A stretch of DNA of 52,961 bases from Candidatus Moraniibacteriota bacterium (GTDB lineage: Bacteria > Patescibacteriota > Minisyncoccia > Moranbacterales > UBA2206), in the NCBI GenBank assembly GCA_038203255.1, contig JBBREE010000003.1, forward strand, positions 1 through 52,961, read 5' to 3'. The notes under the pieces were generated by a model, which was not told where the DNA came from, ran no database searches, and saw only the letters and a program-made list of their open reading frames with translations. The position numbers were made by a program, and so were the translations under genes. Shown here piece by piece: positions 1-9,602 of this stretch; position 1 is the first letter of the stretch, and every line of letters starts with the position of its first letter.

Positions 1-143
1 GTGAGAATATTTCACCAAACATGGAATTAGAAGAATTTTTCAAACTCATCAAGGAAAAAAGTTTTAATTCTTATTGCGTCGTGGATGACAATGGAGTTTT
101 AATGGGCATTATGACAATAGCAGACGCGATAAAGTTATTATAA
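1..143 (+). CDS. CBS-domain protein, 3' end (partial)
   Basis: Manual translation from nt 3: ENISPNMELEEFFKLIKEKSFNSYCVVDDNGVLMGIMTIADAIKLL*; VVDxxGxLxGIxTxxD is a CBS motif. Confidence 0.8.
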   Translation, partial: ENISPNMELEEFFKLIKEKSFNSYCVVDDNGVLMGIMTIADAIKLL

Positions 144-150
144 AATCAAA

Positions 151-179
151 TTGACAGTCAATCGGTTATAAATTATAAT
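151..179 (+). promoter_or_regulatory. sigma70 promoter for khpA-trmD
   Basis: TTGACA (151-156), 17 bp spacer, TATAAT (174-179): perfect consensus. Confidence 0.85.
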
Positions 180-366
180 ATGAGATGAAAGGCGAGGAAA
201 ACTTGTCTGAATCGTCCGAGAGTTTTCAAGGATGATAAGATAAGGAAAGATGAAGTGGTCGATCTTCTAAATTCTTAGCCCGAATCAGTTCTGCTTGAAA
301 AAGCAGTGTAATAAAAATTTTTCGCCGTAATCGGCGGATTATAATCCTTAAAATCAGATAAAGAAT

Positions 367-684
367 ATGGAAGAAAAAGCAACCGACAGAGATTTTGTTG
401 AATATGTCGTTAAACAAATTGTTAATCATCCTGAAGATGTGAAGGTAGAACGAAAGATTGATGAAATGGGAGTTCTCATAACCTTGGACGTAAATGCTGA
501 GGATATGGGAATGATTATCGGACGAGAGGGTGCAACAGCCAAAGCTCTTCGCACCTTGCTTAGAGTGATTGGAGCGCGTAACAATGCTCGCGTTAATCTT
601 AAAATTAACGAACCGGAAGGCAGTGAAAGAAGAGCTCCGGAAAGAAAGAGTATTGATGAAGTGGTTGGTGATATTAATGTCTAG
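367..684 (+). CDS. khpA: KH-domain RNA-binding protein KhpA/YlqC
   Basis: DMGMIIGREGATAKALRTLL KH GxxG motif; upstream of trmD. Confidence 0.92.
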   Translation: MEEKATDRDFVEYVVKQIVNHPEDVKVERKIDEMGVLITLDVNAEDMGMIIGREGATAKALRTLLRVIGARNNARVNLKINEPEGSERRAPERKSIDEVVGDINV

Positions 685-699
685 TTTTCAAGTTTTTTC

Positions 700-731
700 A
701 AAAAGACTTTGCCTAAAGCGAAGTCTTTTTT
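700..731 (+). terminator. Intrinsic terminator after khpA
   Basis: AAAAAGACTTTGC-ctaaa-GCGAAGTCTTTTT hairpin plus T tract. Confidence 0.7.
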
Positions 732-781
732 GATTATAAATAGTGTGGTATTATTCAAGTTAGAGGGTTAAATGAATTAGG

Positions 782-1576
782 ATGAAATTTAATATCATTA
801 CAATCTTCCCGGCTATTTTCGATGCATATTTTAATGCGTCTATTTTAAAGCGAGCGCAAGAAAAAGAACTTATAAGTATTAATATTTACAATGCAAGAGA
901 TTATGCCACCGATAAACATAGAACGACAGATGACACGCCTTATGGCGGAGGGGCGGGGATGGTGATGAAAGTGGAGCCGATTTATAGAGCCGTTCAAGAT
1001 GTTCTAAATGTTGAAAGTGTTGTAGATGTTCAAAATGTTCAAGATGTTGAAGATATTGAAATCGACAATTACAATAATCGAAGCAATAGAACAATTAAAA
1101 CACCTAGAACATCTAGAACAATTGGAACACCTGGAACTCGCATTGTATTGTTTTCCGCTAAGGGGAAAAAGTATACGCAAAGAGATACAGAAAGATTATC
1201 TAAATATGATAATTTAATTTTAATTTGTGGGAGATATGAAGGAGTGGATGAGAGAGTGGCAGAATATTTGGCAGACGAAGAGATTTCTATCGGAGACTAT
1301 GTCCTGACCGGTGGGGAAATTCCTGCGATGGTTTTAGTGGATAGTATAGCCAGGCTTCTTCCTGGAGTCCTGGGTAATGAAGAAAGTTTTCAAAAAGAAT
1401 CACATGCTATAGATGGATATTTAGAACACGCTCAATATACTAAACCGGAAGAATTTTTCCCTAACGACGGAGGTGTTCCCGAAGAAAGTGGCTGGAAAGT
1501 TCCGGAAGTGCTCTTGAGTGGTCATCATAGTGAGATTGAAAAATGGCGTCATAATAATGCGGGGAAAAATATTTAA
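782..1576 (+). CDS. trmD: tRNA (guanine-N1)-methyltransferase, with ~45-aa low-complexity insertion
   Basis: DDTPYGGGAGMV, CGRYEGVDER, SIGDYVLTGGE, VPEVLLSGHH motifs. Confidence 0.97.
   Translation: MKFNIITIFPAIFDAYFNASILKRAQEKELISINIYNARDYATDKHRTTDDTPYGGGAGMVMKVEPIYRAVQDVLNVESVVDVQNVQDVEDIEIDNYNNRSNRTIKTPRTSRTIGTPGTRIVLFSAKGKKYTQRDTERLSKYDNLILICGRYEGVDERVAEYLADEEISIGDYVLTGGEIPAMVLVDSIARLLPGVLGNEESFQKESHAIDGYLEHAQYTKPEEFFPNDGGVPEESGWKVPEVLLSGHHSEIEKWRHNNAGKNI
992..1137. repeat. In-frame 9-bp-period repeat arrays in inverted orientation inside trmD
   Basis: GTTCAAGAT-like units (992-1063) followed by ATCTAGAAC-like units (to 1137), roughly reverse complements. Confidence 0.8.
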
Positions 1577-1581
1577 AATTC

Positions 1582-2703
1582 ATGGCTAAGACAAAAATAA
1601 TCAATAAAGATGAAACAGTTGACGTTAGGCTCCTTTATGCTCTTTTCACACTGCTTTTTTTTGGTCTTATTATGATTGCTTCGGCTGGGATTTCCTATTC
1701 CCATCTTCGCTTCGATGATCCTTATTATTTTTTCAAACATCAGTTTTTTTACGGGGTCATTCCTGGGCTTATAGTTTTATATATCGTTCAGAAAATAAAT
1801 TATAATTTTTGGAAAAAAATATCACTCCCTTTCTTTCTTTTGAGTCTTATTTTTCTTGTCCTGGTTTTTGTGCCAAATTTTGGATCACGTATTTATGGTG
1901 CTAGTCGTTGGATGCGATTGGGTCCTTTCTCTTTTCAACCTTCGGAAATGTTGAAATTATCAATCATTCTTTACCTATCGGCGTGGCTTGAGAGTCGGAA
2001 AGAAAAAGTGAAAGATTTTTATGAAGGGCTGGTGCCTTTTGGGGCGGTGGTGGCTCTGGTTAGTTTTCTCCTTATTAAACAACCTGATATCGGAACCCTG
2101 GGTATTATTATCGCCATTGCCATTTCTATTTTTTTCGTTTCCGGTGCTAAATTGTCGCATATGGCTATTTTAGGTTTTTCCGGAGTGTTCGCTCTTTGGA
2201 TTTTGGTTAAATTGGAATCTTATCGCATGAGTCGTTTTCTTGTTTTTCTACACCCAGAACTTGATCCGCGCGGAATTGGTTATCAAATCAATCAAGCTCT
2301 CTTGGCTATCGGATCGGGTGGAATTTTCGGGGTGGGACTTGGTCATAGTTTGCAAAAATTCAATTATCTGCCTGAACCGGTAGGTGATTCTATTTTTGCT
2401 ATAATCGGAGAAGAGATAGGCCTTGTGGGGTGCGTCGTCCTGATTGCTATTTTTGTGTATGTGGCTATTTTGGGTTTGCGTATTGCCAAATCTGCTCCAG
2501 ACAGATTTTCTCAACTCGTGGCGGTGGGAATAATTGTTTGGATAATTTTTCAGGCCTTTGTAAACATGGCGGCCATTTCTGGCGTGATGCCTCTGACTGG
2601 CGTGCCGTTACCTTTTATCAGCTATGGCGGAACATCGCTCATATTTTTAATGACCGGTTTTGGAATTTTACTCAATATCTCGAAGTATGCGAAAGTAAGA
2701 TAG
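1582..2703 (+). CDS. ftsW: SEDS family peptidoglycan polymerase FtsW
   Basis: GASRW, FQPSE, QPD, LPEPVGDSIFA, PLTGVPLPFISYGG; adjacent to murG. Confidence 0.93.
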   Translation: MAKTKIINKDETVDVRLLYALFTLLFFGLIMIASAGISYSHLRFDDPYYFFKHQFFYGVIPGLIVLYIVQKINYNFWKKISLPFFLLSLIFLVLVFVPNFGSRIYGASRWMRLGPFSFQPSEMLKLSIILYLSAWLESRKEKVKDFYEGLVPFGAVVALVSFLLIKQPDIGTLGIIIAIAISIFFVSGAKLSHMAILGFSGVFALWILVKLESYRMSRFLVFLHPELDPRGIGYQINQALLAIGSGGIFGVGLGHSLQKFNYLPEPVGDSIFAIIGEEIGLVGCVVLIAIFVYVAILGLRIAKSAPDRFSQLVAVGIIVWIIFQAFVNMAAISGVMPLTGVPLPFISYGGTSLIFLMTGFGILLNISKYAKVR

Positions 2704-2736
2704 GGAGAATTTTAAATATTTAACCATATAATTTTT

Positions 2737-3840
2737 ATGCGTATAGTTCTAACTGGCGGTGTGAGTGGTGGTCATATTATTCCTCTTATCGCCGTGGCTA
2801 AAAAAATCAGAGAAAAAAATCCGGAAGTTGAATTTTTATTCGTCGGTCCACAGGGTGAAATGGAAGAACGCCTTATGTTTGAAGCGCAAATTCCGATTAA
2901 GAAAATCTTAACTGGAAAGATGAGGCGTTATTTTTCTTGGTATAATTTTTCCGATGCGCTGAAAATTCCCCTTGGGACAATTCAATCTCTTTGGGTTTTG
3001 CTTCGATATATGCCCAATGCCATTTTTTCCAAGGGAGGCGCAGCCTCGCTCCCGGTAGTTTTAGCCGGATGGGTGTATCGCATTCCGATTATGATTCACG
3101 AATCTGATGCTAATCCCGGAATGGCTAACTCTATGCTGGCCAAATTTTCCAATCGAGTGGCGGTATCATATTATTCGGCAGAAGAGTATTTCCCTTCCGC
3201 CCAAGTGGTTTTGACCGGTAGTCCACTAAGAGCGGACATTAATCAAGGCACGGCGCTTAGAGCGAGAGAATTATTTCCACTCACTGATTCAAAAAAAACT
3301 ATTTTTGTCTGGGGTGGTTCACAAGGAGCAGGGATTATAAATGAAAAGATTGTGAAAATTTTGCCCGAGTTACTCAGGAAATATCAAATCATTCATCAAA
3401 CTGGAGAAAAAAACCTTGAAGCTGTTAAGCATATGGCGGGTGAATTAGGAATTAAAGCGGGGCACGATGGGTATTACCCAGTAGCTTTTATTGGGGAGGA
3501 ATTAAAAGATGTTATCGCTGTGTCAGATATTATAATTTCTCGTGCGGGAAGCAGTTCAATCGCTGAAATTGCGGCCAATGGCAAGCCCTCTATTATAATT
3601 CCGATCGAGCATTCGGCTAACGGGCATCAGAGAATGAATGCTTATGCGGTGGCTAAAATAGGTGGTTGTATTGTACTCGACGAAGGTAATTTAGGAGATA
3701 ATATGTTGAAAGCCAAAATAGACGAGGTTTTGGGTGACGAAGCATTACAGAAGGAGTTGGGGGAGAAGATTAAGAAATATTTCTATTATCCAGATGCGGC
3801 GGACAGAATCGCGGATGGGATTTTAGGGATGATAAGATAG
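2737..3840 (+). CDS. murG: Undecaprenyl-PP-MurNAc-pentapeptide GlcNAc transferase
   Basis: GGVSGGH, HESDANPG, GGSQGA, SRAG, HQxxNA motifs. Confidence 0.95.
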   Translation: MRIVLTGGVSGGHIIPLIAVAKKIREKNPEVEFLFVGPQGEMEERLMFEAQIPIKKILTGKMRRYFSWYNFSDALKIPLGTIQSLWVLLRYMPNAIFSKGGAASLPVVLAGWVYRIPIMIHESDANPGMANSMLAKFSNRVAVSYYSAEEYFPSAQVVLTGSPLRADINQGTALRARELFPLTDSKKTIFVWGGSQGAGIINEKIVKILPELLRKYQIIHQTGEKNLEAVKHMAGELGIKAGHDGYYPVAFIGEELKDVIAVSDIIISRAGSSSIAEIAANGKPSIIIPIEHSANGHQRMNAYAVAKIGGCIVLDEGNLGDNMLKAKIDEVLGDEALQKELGEKIKKYFYYPDAADRIADGILGMIR

Positions 3841-3870
3841 AGTTTTTAATTTATAAATTTTAAAATCGAT

Positions 3871-5271
3871 ATGGACCTGGAGAAAATAAAAAAAGTTTAT
3901 GTTGTTGGCATCAAGGGTTCTGGCGTAATCGCGGCGGTGGATATTTTGCACGCCATGGGAAAAGAAATCACCGGTTCTGACACGGAAGAAAAATTTTTCA
4001 CTGATGGCATTTTGGATAATTTGGGGATAAGATACTTCGAGAAGTTCTCCGAGTCTAACATACCGCCAGAGACTGATTTGGTAATTTATTCCACGGTTTA
4101 TAACCAAGAGAATAATATCGAGATGAAATATGCAACGGAAAATAAGTTGCCTATGATGAGTTACCCGGAACTTCTAGCCCATCTTTTTAATCAAAAATTC
4201 GGCCTTGCCGTCACAGGGACGCACGGAAAAACGACCACCTCCGCTATACTGGCTAACGTCCTGAAAGATTGCGGAGTTTCTCCAAGCGCTATAATCGGCA
4301 GTCGAGTTTTAAATTGGAAGGGAAGCGCCCTGGCCGGTCAGGGGGAATTTTTTGTGGCAGAGGCGGATGAATATCAAAATAAATTAAGACTGTATGATCC
4401 GAAAGGCGTGATTTTGACCAGTTGTGATTTCGATCACCCGGATTATTTTGAAGATTTTAAAAGTTACAAAAAGGCTTTTAAAGATTTCGTGGCACGTATT
4501 CCGAAAGATGGGTTTTTGGTAACCTGGGGAGACGCGACGGATACTCTGGAAGTAGCGGAAAGTTGTCCGGCGAAATTTTTGACGTATGGATTTTCCAAGG
4601 ATGTGGATTTTAAAATTATAAATTCCAATTTACAAAACTTCGATGATCAAAATTCAAAACCAATGCAAAGCTTTGAAGTTGTCTATAAGGATGAAAGTTT
4701 AGGTGAGTTTCATATACAACTTTCAGGCAAGCATAATATTTTAAATGCCACTGCGGTTATCGCGGTTTGTCATAGATTGAAGATTGATATGGAGAAAGTG
4801 CGCGCATCCATAAAGGATTTTCTGGGAACGGCGCGTCGTTTTGAATATATTGGTGAGCGTAATGGTGCTATTCTTATCGATGACTATGCTCATCATCCGG
4901 AAGAAATCAAGGCGACTCTCTCCGGCGCTCGGGCAAGATTTCCGGAAAAAAACATTTGGGCGGTTTTTCATCCTCACACCTTTACTCGTACCAAAGCGCT
5001 TCTTTCGGAATTTTCGCAAAGTTTTTCTGACGCGGATAAGGTGATTGTGTTGGATATTTATGGCAGTGCCCGTGAAACTCGAGGAGGAGTGCATTCAAAG
5101 GATTTAGTCAAACTAATTGATCAGTTCGGCCGAGGTAAAGCGCAATATTTACCGACAATCTCTGAGGCAGTGGAACACTTAAAGGAAGAAATTGGTTCGG
5201 ACGATGTGGTCATTACCATTGGCGCCGGCAATGTTTGGGAAGTGGCGCAGAAATTGGCAGAGGGGGAATAA
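3871..5271 (+). CDS. murC: UDP-N-acetylmuramate--L-alanine ligase
   Basis: GIKGSG, GTHGKTTT, EADE, DHPD, DDYAHHP, FHPHTFTRT. Confidence 0.95.
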   Translation: MDLEKIKKVYVVGIKGSGVIAAVDILHAMGKEITGSDTEEKFFTDGILDNLGIRYFEKFSESNIPPETDLVIYSTVYNQENNIEMKYATENKLPMMSYPELLAHLFNQKFGLAVTGTHGKTTTSAILANVLKDCGVSPSAIIGSRVLNWKGSALAGQGEFFVAEADEYQNKLRLYDPKGVILTSCDFDHPDYFEDFKSYKKAFKDFVARIPKDGFLVTWGDATDTLEVAESCPAKFLTYGFSKDVDFKIINSNLQNFDDQNSKPMQSFEVVYKDESLGEFHIQLSGKHNILNATAVIAVCHRLKIDMEKVRASIKDFLGTARRFEYIGERNGAILIDDYAHHPEEIKATLSGARARFPEKNIWAVFHPHTFTRTKALLSEFSQSFSDADKVIVLDIYGSARETRGGVHSKDLVKLIDQFGRGKAQYLPTISEAVEHLKEEIGSDDVVITIGAGNVWEVAQKLAEGE

Positions 5272-5274
5272 AAG

Positions 5275-5314
5275 AATTCAGGAATAAATTCAGGAATTAA
5301 TTCAGGAATAAATT
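5275..5314. repeat. 12-bp tandem repeat (AATTCAGGAATW)x3
   Basis: Direct reading; related unit at 44758-44793. Confidence 0.9.
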
Positions 5315-5331
5315 TTTAAGCGATTAATATT

Positions 5332-6321
5332 ATGAATATTCGGCTTCAAGAAAATGTACCGCTGGCCCCTCTAACCAGTTTTAAAATTGGTGGACCGGCT
5401 AGATATTTTGTCGAAGTTTCAACGGAAGATGAAATTTTGGAAGCGGTGAGCTATGCGCAGGAAAATAACTTAGAGATTTTTGTGTTGGCTGGGGGGAGTA
5501 ATATTTTAGTGAGCGACGAAGGATTTAATGGCTTAGTTATTCGAATAAGAAATACGAAATATAAAATACAGGATACTTTTCTTGAGGGTGGTGCCGGACT
5601 TTCTCTTTACTCTGTGGTGCGCGAAGCCAAAGAAAATTCTTTAACTGGTTTGGAATGGGCGACGGGTATTCCAGGGTCAATCGGTGGCGCGGTGCGAGGG
5701 AATGCGGGAGCGTATGGAAGTGAGATTAAGGATAATATTATTAGCGTGAAAGCGCTAGAGATAAATGGGTCACAAAATACAAATAAAATTACAAATTTAA
5801 AATCAAAAATTTTTACGAACGAAGAATGCGAATTTTCCTATAGGGATAGTATTTTTAAGAGAAATAATAATTTGATGATTTTGGATTGCGTTTTGAAGTT
5901 ACAAAAAGGAGACCCGGTGGAAATTAAGGATAAGATGAAAGAAATTATAAGAAAAAGGATAGAAAAAATCCCAAAAGAGCCAAGTCCTGGTAGTTTTTTC
6001 AAAAATCCCGAAACGGATAATAAGGAGTTAATCAGAAGATTTGAAATAGATACAGGCAAAAAAGTTACGGATCACGTGAGCTCTTATCAGTATGTCGATA
6101 ATAGGATAAAAATTCCTGCACCATGGCTTATTGAAGAGGCTGGACTTAAAGGGAAGATAATTGGTGGCGTAATGGTGAGCGAAAAGCATGCCAATTTTGT
6201 AGTAAATTTAGGTAGTGGAAAAGCACAGGATGTGATTATGTTGGCCAGTCTTATCAAGATGAAAGTGCGCAACTTGTGGGGGATACAGCTTCGCGAGGAA
6301 ATCCAATATGTCGGATTCTAG
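5332..6321 (+). CDS. murB: UDP-N-acetylenolpyruvoylglucosamine reductase
   Basis: FKIGGPA, GGSNILV, GIPGSIGGAVRGNAGAYG, FSYRDS, GSFFKNP, SEKHANF. Confidence 0.96.
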   Translation: MNIRLQENVPLAPLTSFKIGGPARYFVEVSTEDEILEAVSYAQENNLEIFVLAGGSNILVSDEGFNGLVIRIRNTKYKIQDTFLEGGAGLSLYSVVREAKENSLTGLEWATGIPGSIGGAVRGNAGAYGSEIKDNIISVKALEINGSQNTNKITNLKSKIFTNEECEFSYRDSIFKRNNNLMILDCVLKLQKGDPVEIKDKMKEIIRKRIEKIPKEPSPGSFFKNPETDNKELIRRFEIDTGKKVTDHVSSYQYVDNRIKIPAPWLIEEAGLKGKIIGGVMVSEKHANFVVNLGSGKAQDVIMLASLIKMKVRNLWGIQLREEIQYVGF

Positions 6322-6351
6322 GATAGTTAATAATATAATAAATAAAAAAAT

Positions 6352-6720
6352 ATGGAAAAAATGCTCAACTTGCGCCTGTTCTGTAAGAACTTGGAATTGG
6401 ATGATCGAACGAAAGACTACATTATAAAAAGAGTTCAAAAAATGGAGAAATTCCTAAAAAGAGCTTTGGAATATGAAGTAGAAGTGTCGATGGATAAATA
6501 TGGAAAATTTTATGTTGAGCTAATGATTCAGACACCGCGGAAATTATACCGGGCCTCTGAAACAAGCGAAAGCGTCGAGGGATCAATTGATATGGTAGCT
6601 GAGCAGATGCAAAATCAAATTATTGACGATGTTGATAGAACGCGTGATTTGCAAAAGCGGGGTGCTAGATCAATCAAGAAAAAGATAGTTTTGGACGCGG
6701 CTGCTAGATTTAAGAAATAG
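6352..6720 (+). CDS. hpf: Ribosome hibernation promoting factor (HPF/RaiA)
   Basis: N-terminal KNLELDDRTKDYIIKRVQKMEK and SIDMVAEQMQNQI pattern; directly upstream of secA. Confidence 0.8.
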   Translation: MEKMLNLRLFCKNLELDDRTKDYIIKRVQKMEKFLKRALEYEVEVSMDKYGKFYVELMIQTPRKLYRASETSESVEGSIDMVAEQMQNQIIDDVDRTRDLQKRGARSIKKKIVLDAAARFKK

Positions 6721-6742
6721 AAAGGGTAATATTTGAAAAAAA

Positions 6743-6770
6743 GAAAAGCGGACTGTCCGCTTTTCATTTT
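6743..6770 (+). terminator. Intrinsic terminator after hpf
   Basis: GAAAAGCGGAC-T-GTCCGCTTTTC palindrome followed by T's. Confidence 0.7.
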
Positions 6771-6877
6771 GTGGACAAAAAGGCTCGGTAGATGTAAAAT
6801 AGATAGGTGAATTAAAATAGCTTTTACCGCACTCGAACCAACTGTCGGAGCGGTTTAAAGGCCATACTTTTGTTTTT

Positions 6878-9538
6878 ATGTCAATACTTAATAAACTTTT
6901 CGGTTCAAACGAAAGAGAGATTGTTAAACTTAATCCCATTGTAGAAAAGATAAATTCTTTTGAAGAACAAATCGTCAAACTTAGCGATGACGAAATTAGA
7001 GGGAAAGCGGAAGAATTTAAGGAAAGAGTGGTAAAAGGAGAGTCGCTAGATGATATCTTGCCGGAGGCTTATGCAGTCGTGCGTGAAGCCGCCAAAAGAG
7101 TGATTGGCGAACGCCATTTTGACACCCAACTCATCGGAGGTATCGTTTTACACCAAGGTAAGATTGCTGAGATGAAAACTGGAGAGGGCAAAACGCTGAC
7201 CTCGACTTTGCCAATTTATCTTAACGCGATAACCGGGCTAGGAGTCCATGTCATTACGGTTAATGACTATTTAGCAAAACGTGACTGTAATTGGATGGGT
7301 TCTATTTTTAGCTTCTTGGGACTTTCCACTGCTTGCATCATTCACGACGCTTCATACATTTATCAAGCCAAGATAGTTGATCCGGATGAAGTTAGTGTGG
7401 AGATGGAAAATTTACAACTGATTTCTCGCCAAGAAGCTTATGCAGCAGACATCACATATGGAACAAACAACGAATTTGGTTTTGATTATTTGCGCGATAA
7501 CATGGTGCAAGATATGAGTCAGATGGCGCAACGTGAACCAAACTTTGCCATTGTGGATGAGGTTGACTCAATCCTTATTGATGAAGCTAGAACTCCACTT
7601 ATCATCAGTGCGCCGGATTCAGAATCAACTAAACAATACCAACAATTTGCGCAACTTGTACCGCGCCTGAAACAAGATAGTGATTTTGCTGTGGATGAAA
7701 AAATGAAAACCGTTTCCATCACGGACACGGGAATTTCTAAGATGGAAAATTGGCTGGGAGTAGGTAATATTTATGAAGCGGGCAAGATAAGTTATGTGCA
7801 TCATTTGGAGCAAGCCTTGAAAGCTCAAGTCATCTTTCAACTTGACCGTGATTATGTCGTGAAAGATGGAGAGGTTATCATTGTGGATGATTTTACAGGT
7901 CGCCTGATGCCAGGAAGAAGGTACAGTGAAGGTTTGCATCAAGCTATTGAAGCGAAAGAGGGTGTGCAGGTGCAAAAAGAATCCCGCACCTTGGCCACTA
8001 TTACTTTTCAAAACTATTTTAGGATGTATAAAAAACTTTCCGGAATGACCGGAACTGCCTCCACTTCAGCGGAAGAATTCCATAAAGTATATGAAATTGA
8101 TGTTATGGAGATTCCAACTAATAAACCGCTAGTAAGAAAGGACTTGCCGGATATTGTTTACAAATCAGAAAAAGGTAAGTTTGATGCAATTTGTGAAAAA
8201 ATCAGAGAAATTAATAAATCAGGACAACCCGTCCTAGTGGGAACTATTGCGATTGAAAAATCAGAATATTTGAGTGCTCTTCTCACTCGTTTTGGGGTAG
8301 AGCATGAAGTTTTAAACGCTAAACAACATGAAAAAGAAGCGCTTATCATTACTAATGCCGGAACAAAAGGTGCGGTAACAATTGCAACTAATATGGCCGG
8401 GCGCGGAACCGATATTAAGCTGGGCGAAGGGGTGAAAGAGGTGGGCGGACTTTTTATTCTTGGAACCGAGCGTCATGAAGCGCGCCGTATCGACAATCAG
8501 TTGCGGGGACGCGCCGGTCGCCAGGGAGATCCGGGAGTGTCGCAGTTTTTTGTTTCGCTGGAAGATGAATTAATGCGTCGTTTTGGTGGGGACAAACTCA
8601 TAAGTATGATGAACACCTTGGGATTACCGGAAGATCAGCCGATTCAAAATGGGATAATTTCTCGTACGATTGAAAACGCCCAATCTAAAATAGAGGGTTT
8701 TAATTTTGACATCAGAAAACATGTTTTGGAATATGACGACGTGATGAATAAACAACGCGAAGTTGTGTATAAAAAAAGGAAAGAAATCTTGAAAGCTAAG
8801 GACGTTAAGAATGAAATTCTGGGTTATATTAAAGATGAAATTGAAAGAACCGTTTCTTTTCATAGCGCGGAAGATCGGGCTAATTGGAACACTCAAGAAA
8901 TTTTTGATGGAGTGAATAAGATTGTTCCTTTGGAAAAAGCGGTTCAGATAAAATTAGATGAAATGAAAAATGATAGCGCTGGATCTACGGCTGAAACAAC
9001 TACGGCTATGGCAGATTATCTGATGGGTTTTGCCAAAGAGGCTTATAACAAAAAAGCTTTGGAAGTTGGAGAAGAAAATATGAGGAGAGTTGAAAGAGCA
9101 ATTATTTTGCAAACAATTGACACAATGTGGATGGATCATTTGGATGAGATTGATTATTTGCGAGACGGGATTGGCCTGCGAGGCTATGGCCAGAGAGATC
9201 CGCTTATTGAATATAAAAGAGAGGCTTATCGGATGTTTTCGGGACTGATGGATAATATCCATTCTACGGTGGTGCATACAATTCTCAAAATCAGCTTGGC
9301 AGTGGCGCCTAATGTTGAAACTGCAATTCAACAGTCGGAAAATTTAAGCTATAGTGGTGGAGAACAAATTGAACAATTCGGAGCAGCCAAAAAAGCGCAA
9401 GATGAAAAAAAAGAATCCGGCGCGGGCGGAGGAGAGAAACAAAAACAATCCCCAATAATTAATAAAGACAAGATTGGAAGAAATGATCCGTGTCCGTGTG
9501 GGAGTGGGAAAAAATACAAGAAGTGTTGTGGGAAATAA
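6878..9538 (+). CDS. secA: Preprotein translocase ATPase SecA
   Basis: [47 protein letters not shown]-terminal SEC-C motif [13 protein letters not shown]. Confidence 0.99.
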   Translation: MSILNKLFGSNEREIVKLNPIVEKINSFEEQIVKLSDDEIRGKAEEFKERVVKGESLDDILPEAYAVVREAAKRVIGERHFDTQLIGGIVLHQGKIAEMKTGEGKTLTSTLPIYLNAITGLGVHVITVNDYLAKRDCNWMGSIFSFLGLSTACIIHDASYIYQAKIVDPDEVSVEMENLQLISRQEAYAADITYGTNNEFGFDYLRDNMVQDMSQMAQREPNFAIVDEVDSILIDEARTPLIISAPDSESTKQYQQFAQLVPRLKQDSDFAVDEKMKTVSITDTGISKMENWLGVGNIYEAGKISYVHHLEQALKAQVIFQLDRDYVVKDGEVIIVDDFTGRLMPGRRYSEGLHQAIEAKEGVQVQKESRTLATITFQNYFRMYKKLSGMTGTASTSAEEFHKVYEIDVMEIPTNKPLVRKDLPDIVYKSEKGKFDAICEKIREINKSGQPVLVGTIAIEKSEYLSALLTRFGVEHEVLNAKQHEKEALIITNAGTKGAVTIATNMAGRGTDIKLGEGVKEVGGLFILGTERHEARRIDNQLRGRAGRQGDPGVSQFFVSLEDELMRRFGGDKLISMMNTLGLPEDQPIQNGIISRTIENAQSKIEGFNFDIRKHVLEYDDVMNKQREVVYKKRKEILKAKDVKNEILGYIKDEIERTVSFHSAEDRANWNTQEIFDGVNKIVPLEKAVQIKLDEMKNDSAGSTAETTTAMADYLMGFAKEAYNKKALEVGEENMRRVERAIILQTIDTMWMDHLDEIDYLRDGIGLRGYGQRDPLIEYKREAYRMFSGLMDNIHSTVVHTILKISLAVAPNVETAIQQSENLSYSGGEQIEQFGAAKKAQDEKKESGAGGGEKQKQSPIINKDKIGRNDPCPCGSGKKYKKCCGK

Positions 9539-9602
9539 AATAATTGTGCTATTATATAAAGGCAAAAATAAATTAAAAATTTACTAGACACTGAGAAATT
9601 AT

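Noticed and set aside
879-1217. Overlapping ORFs 879..1094 (-) and 1026..1217 (+) with LQH/LEH repeats
   Set aside because: By-products of the 9-bp repeats inside trmD.
5275-5314. Short repeats as a CRISPR array
   Set aside because: Units are contiguous 12-mers without spacers; no cas genes and no repeat-spacer array anywhere in the window.
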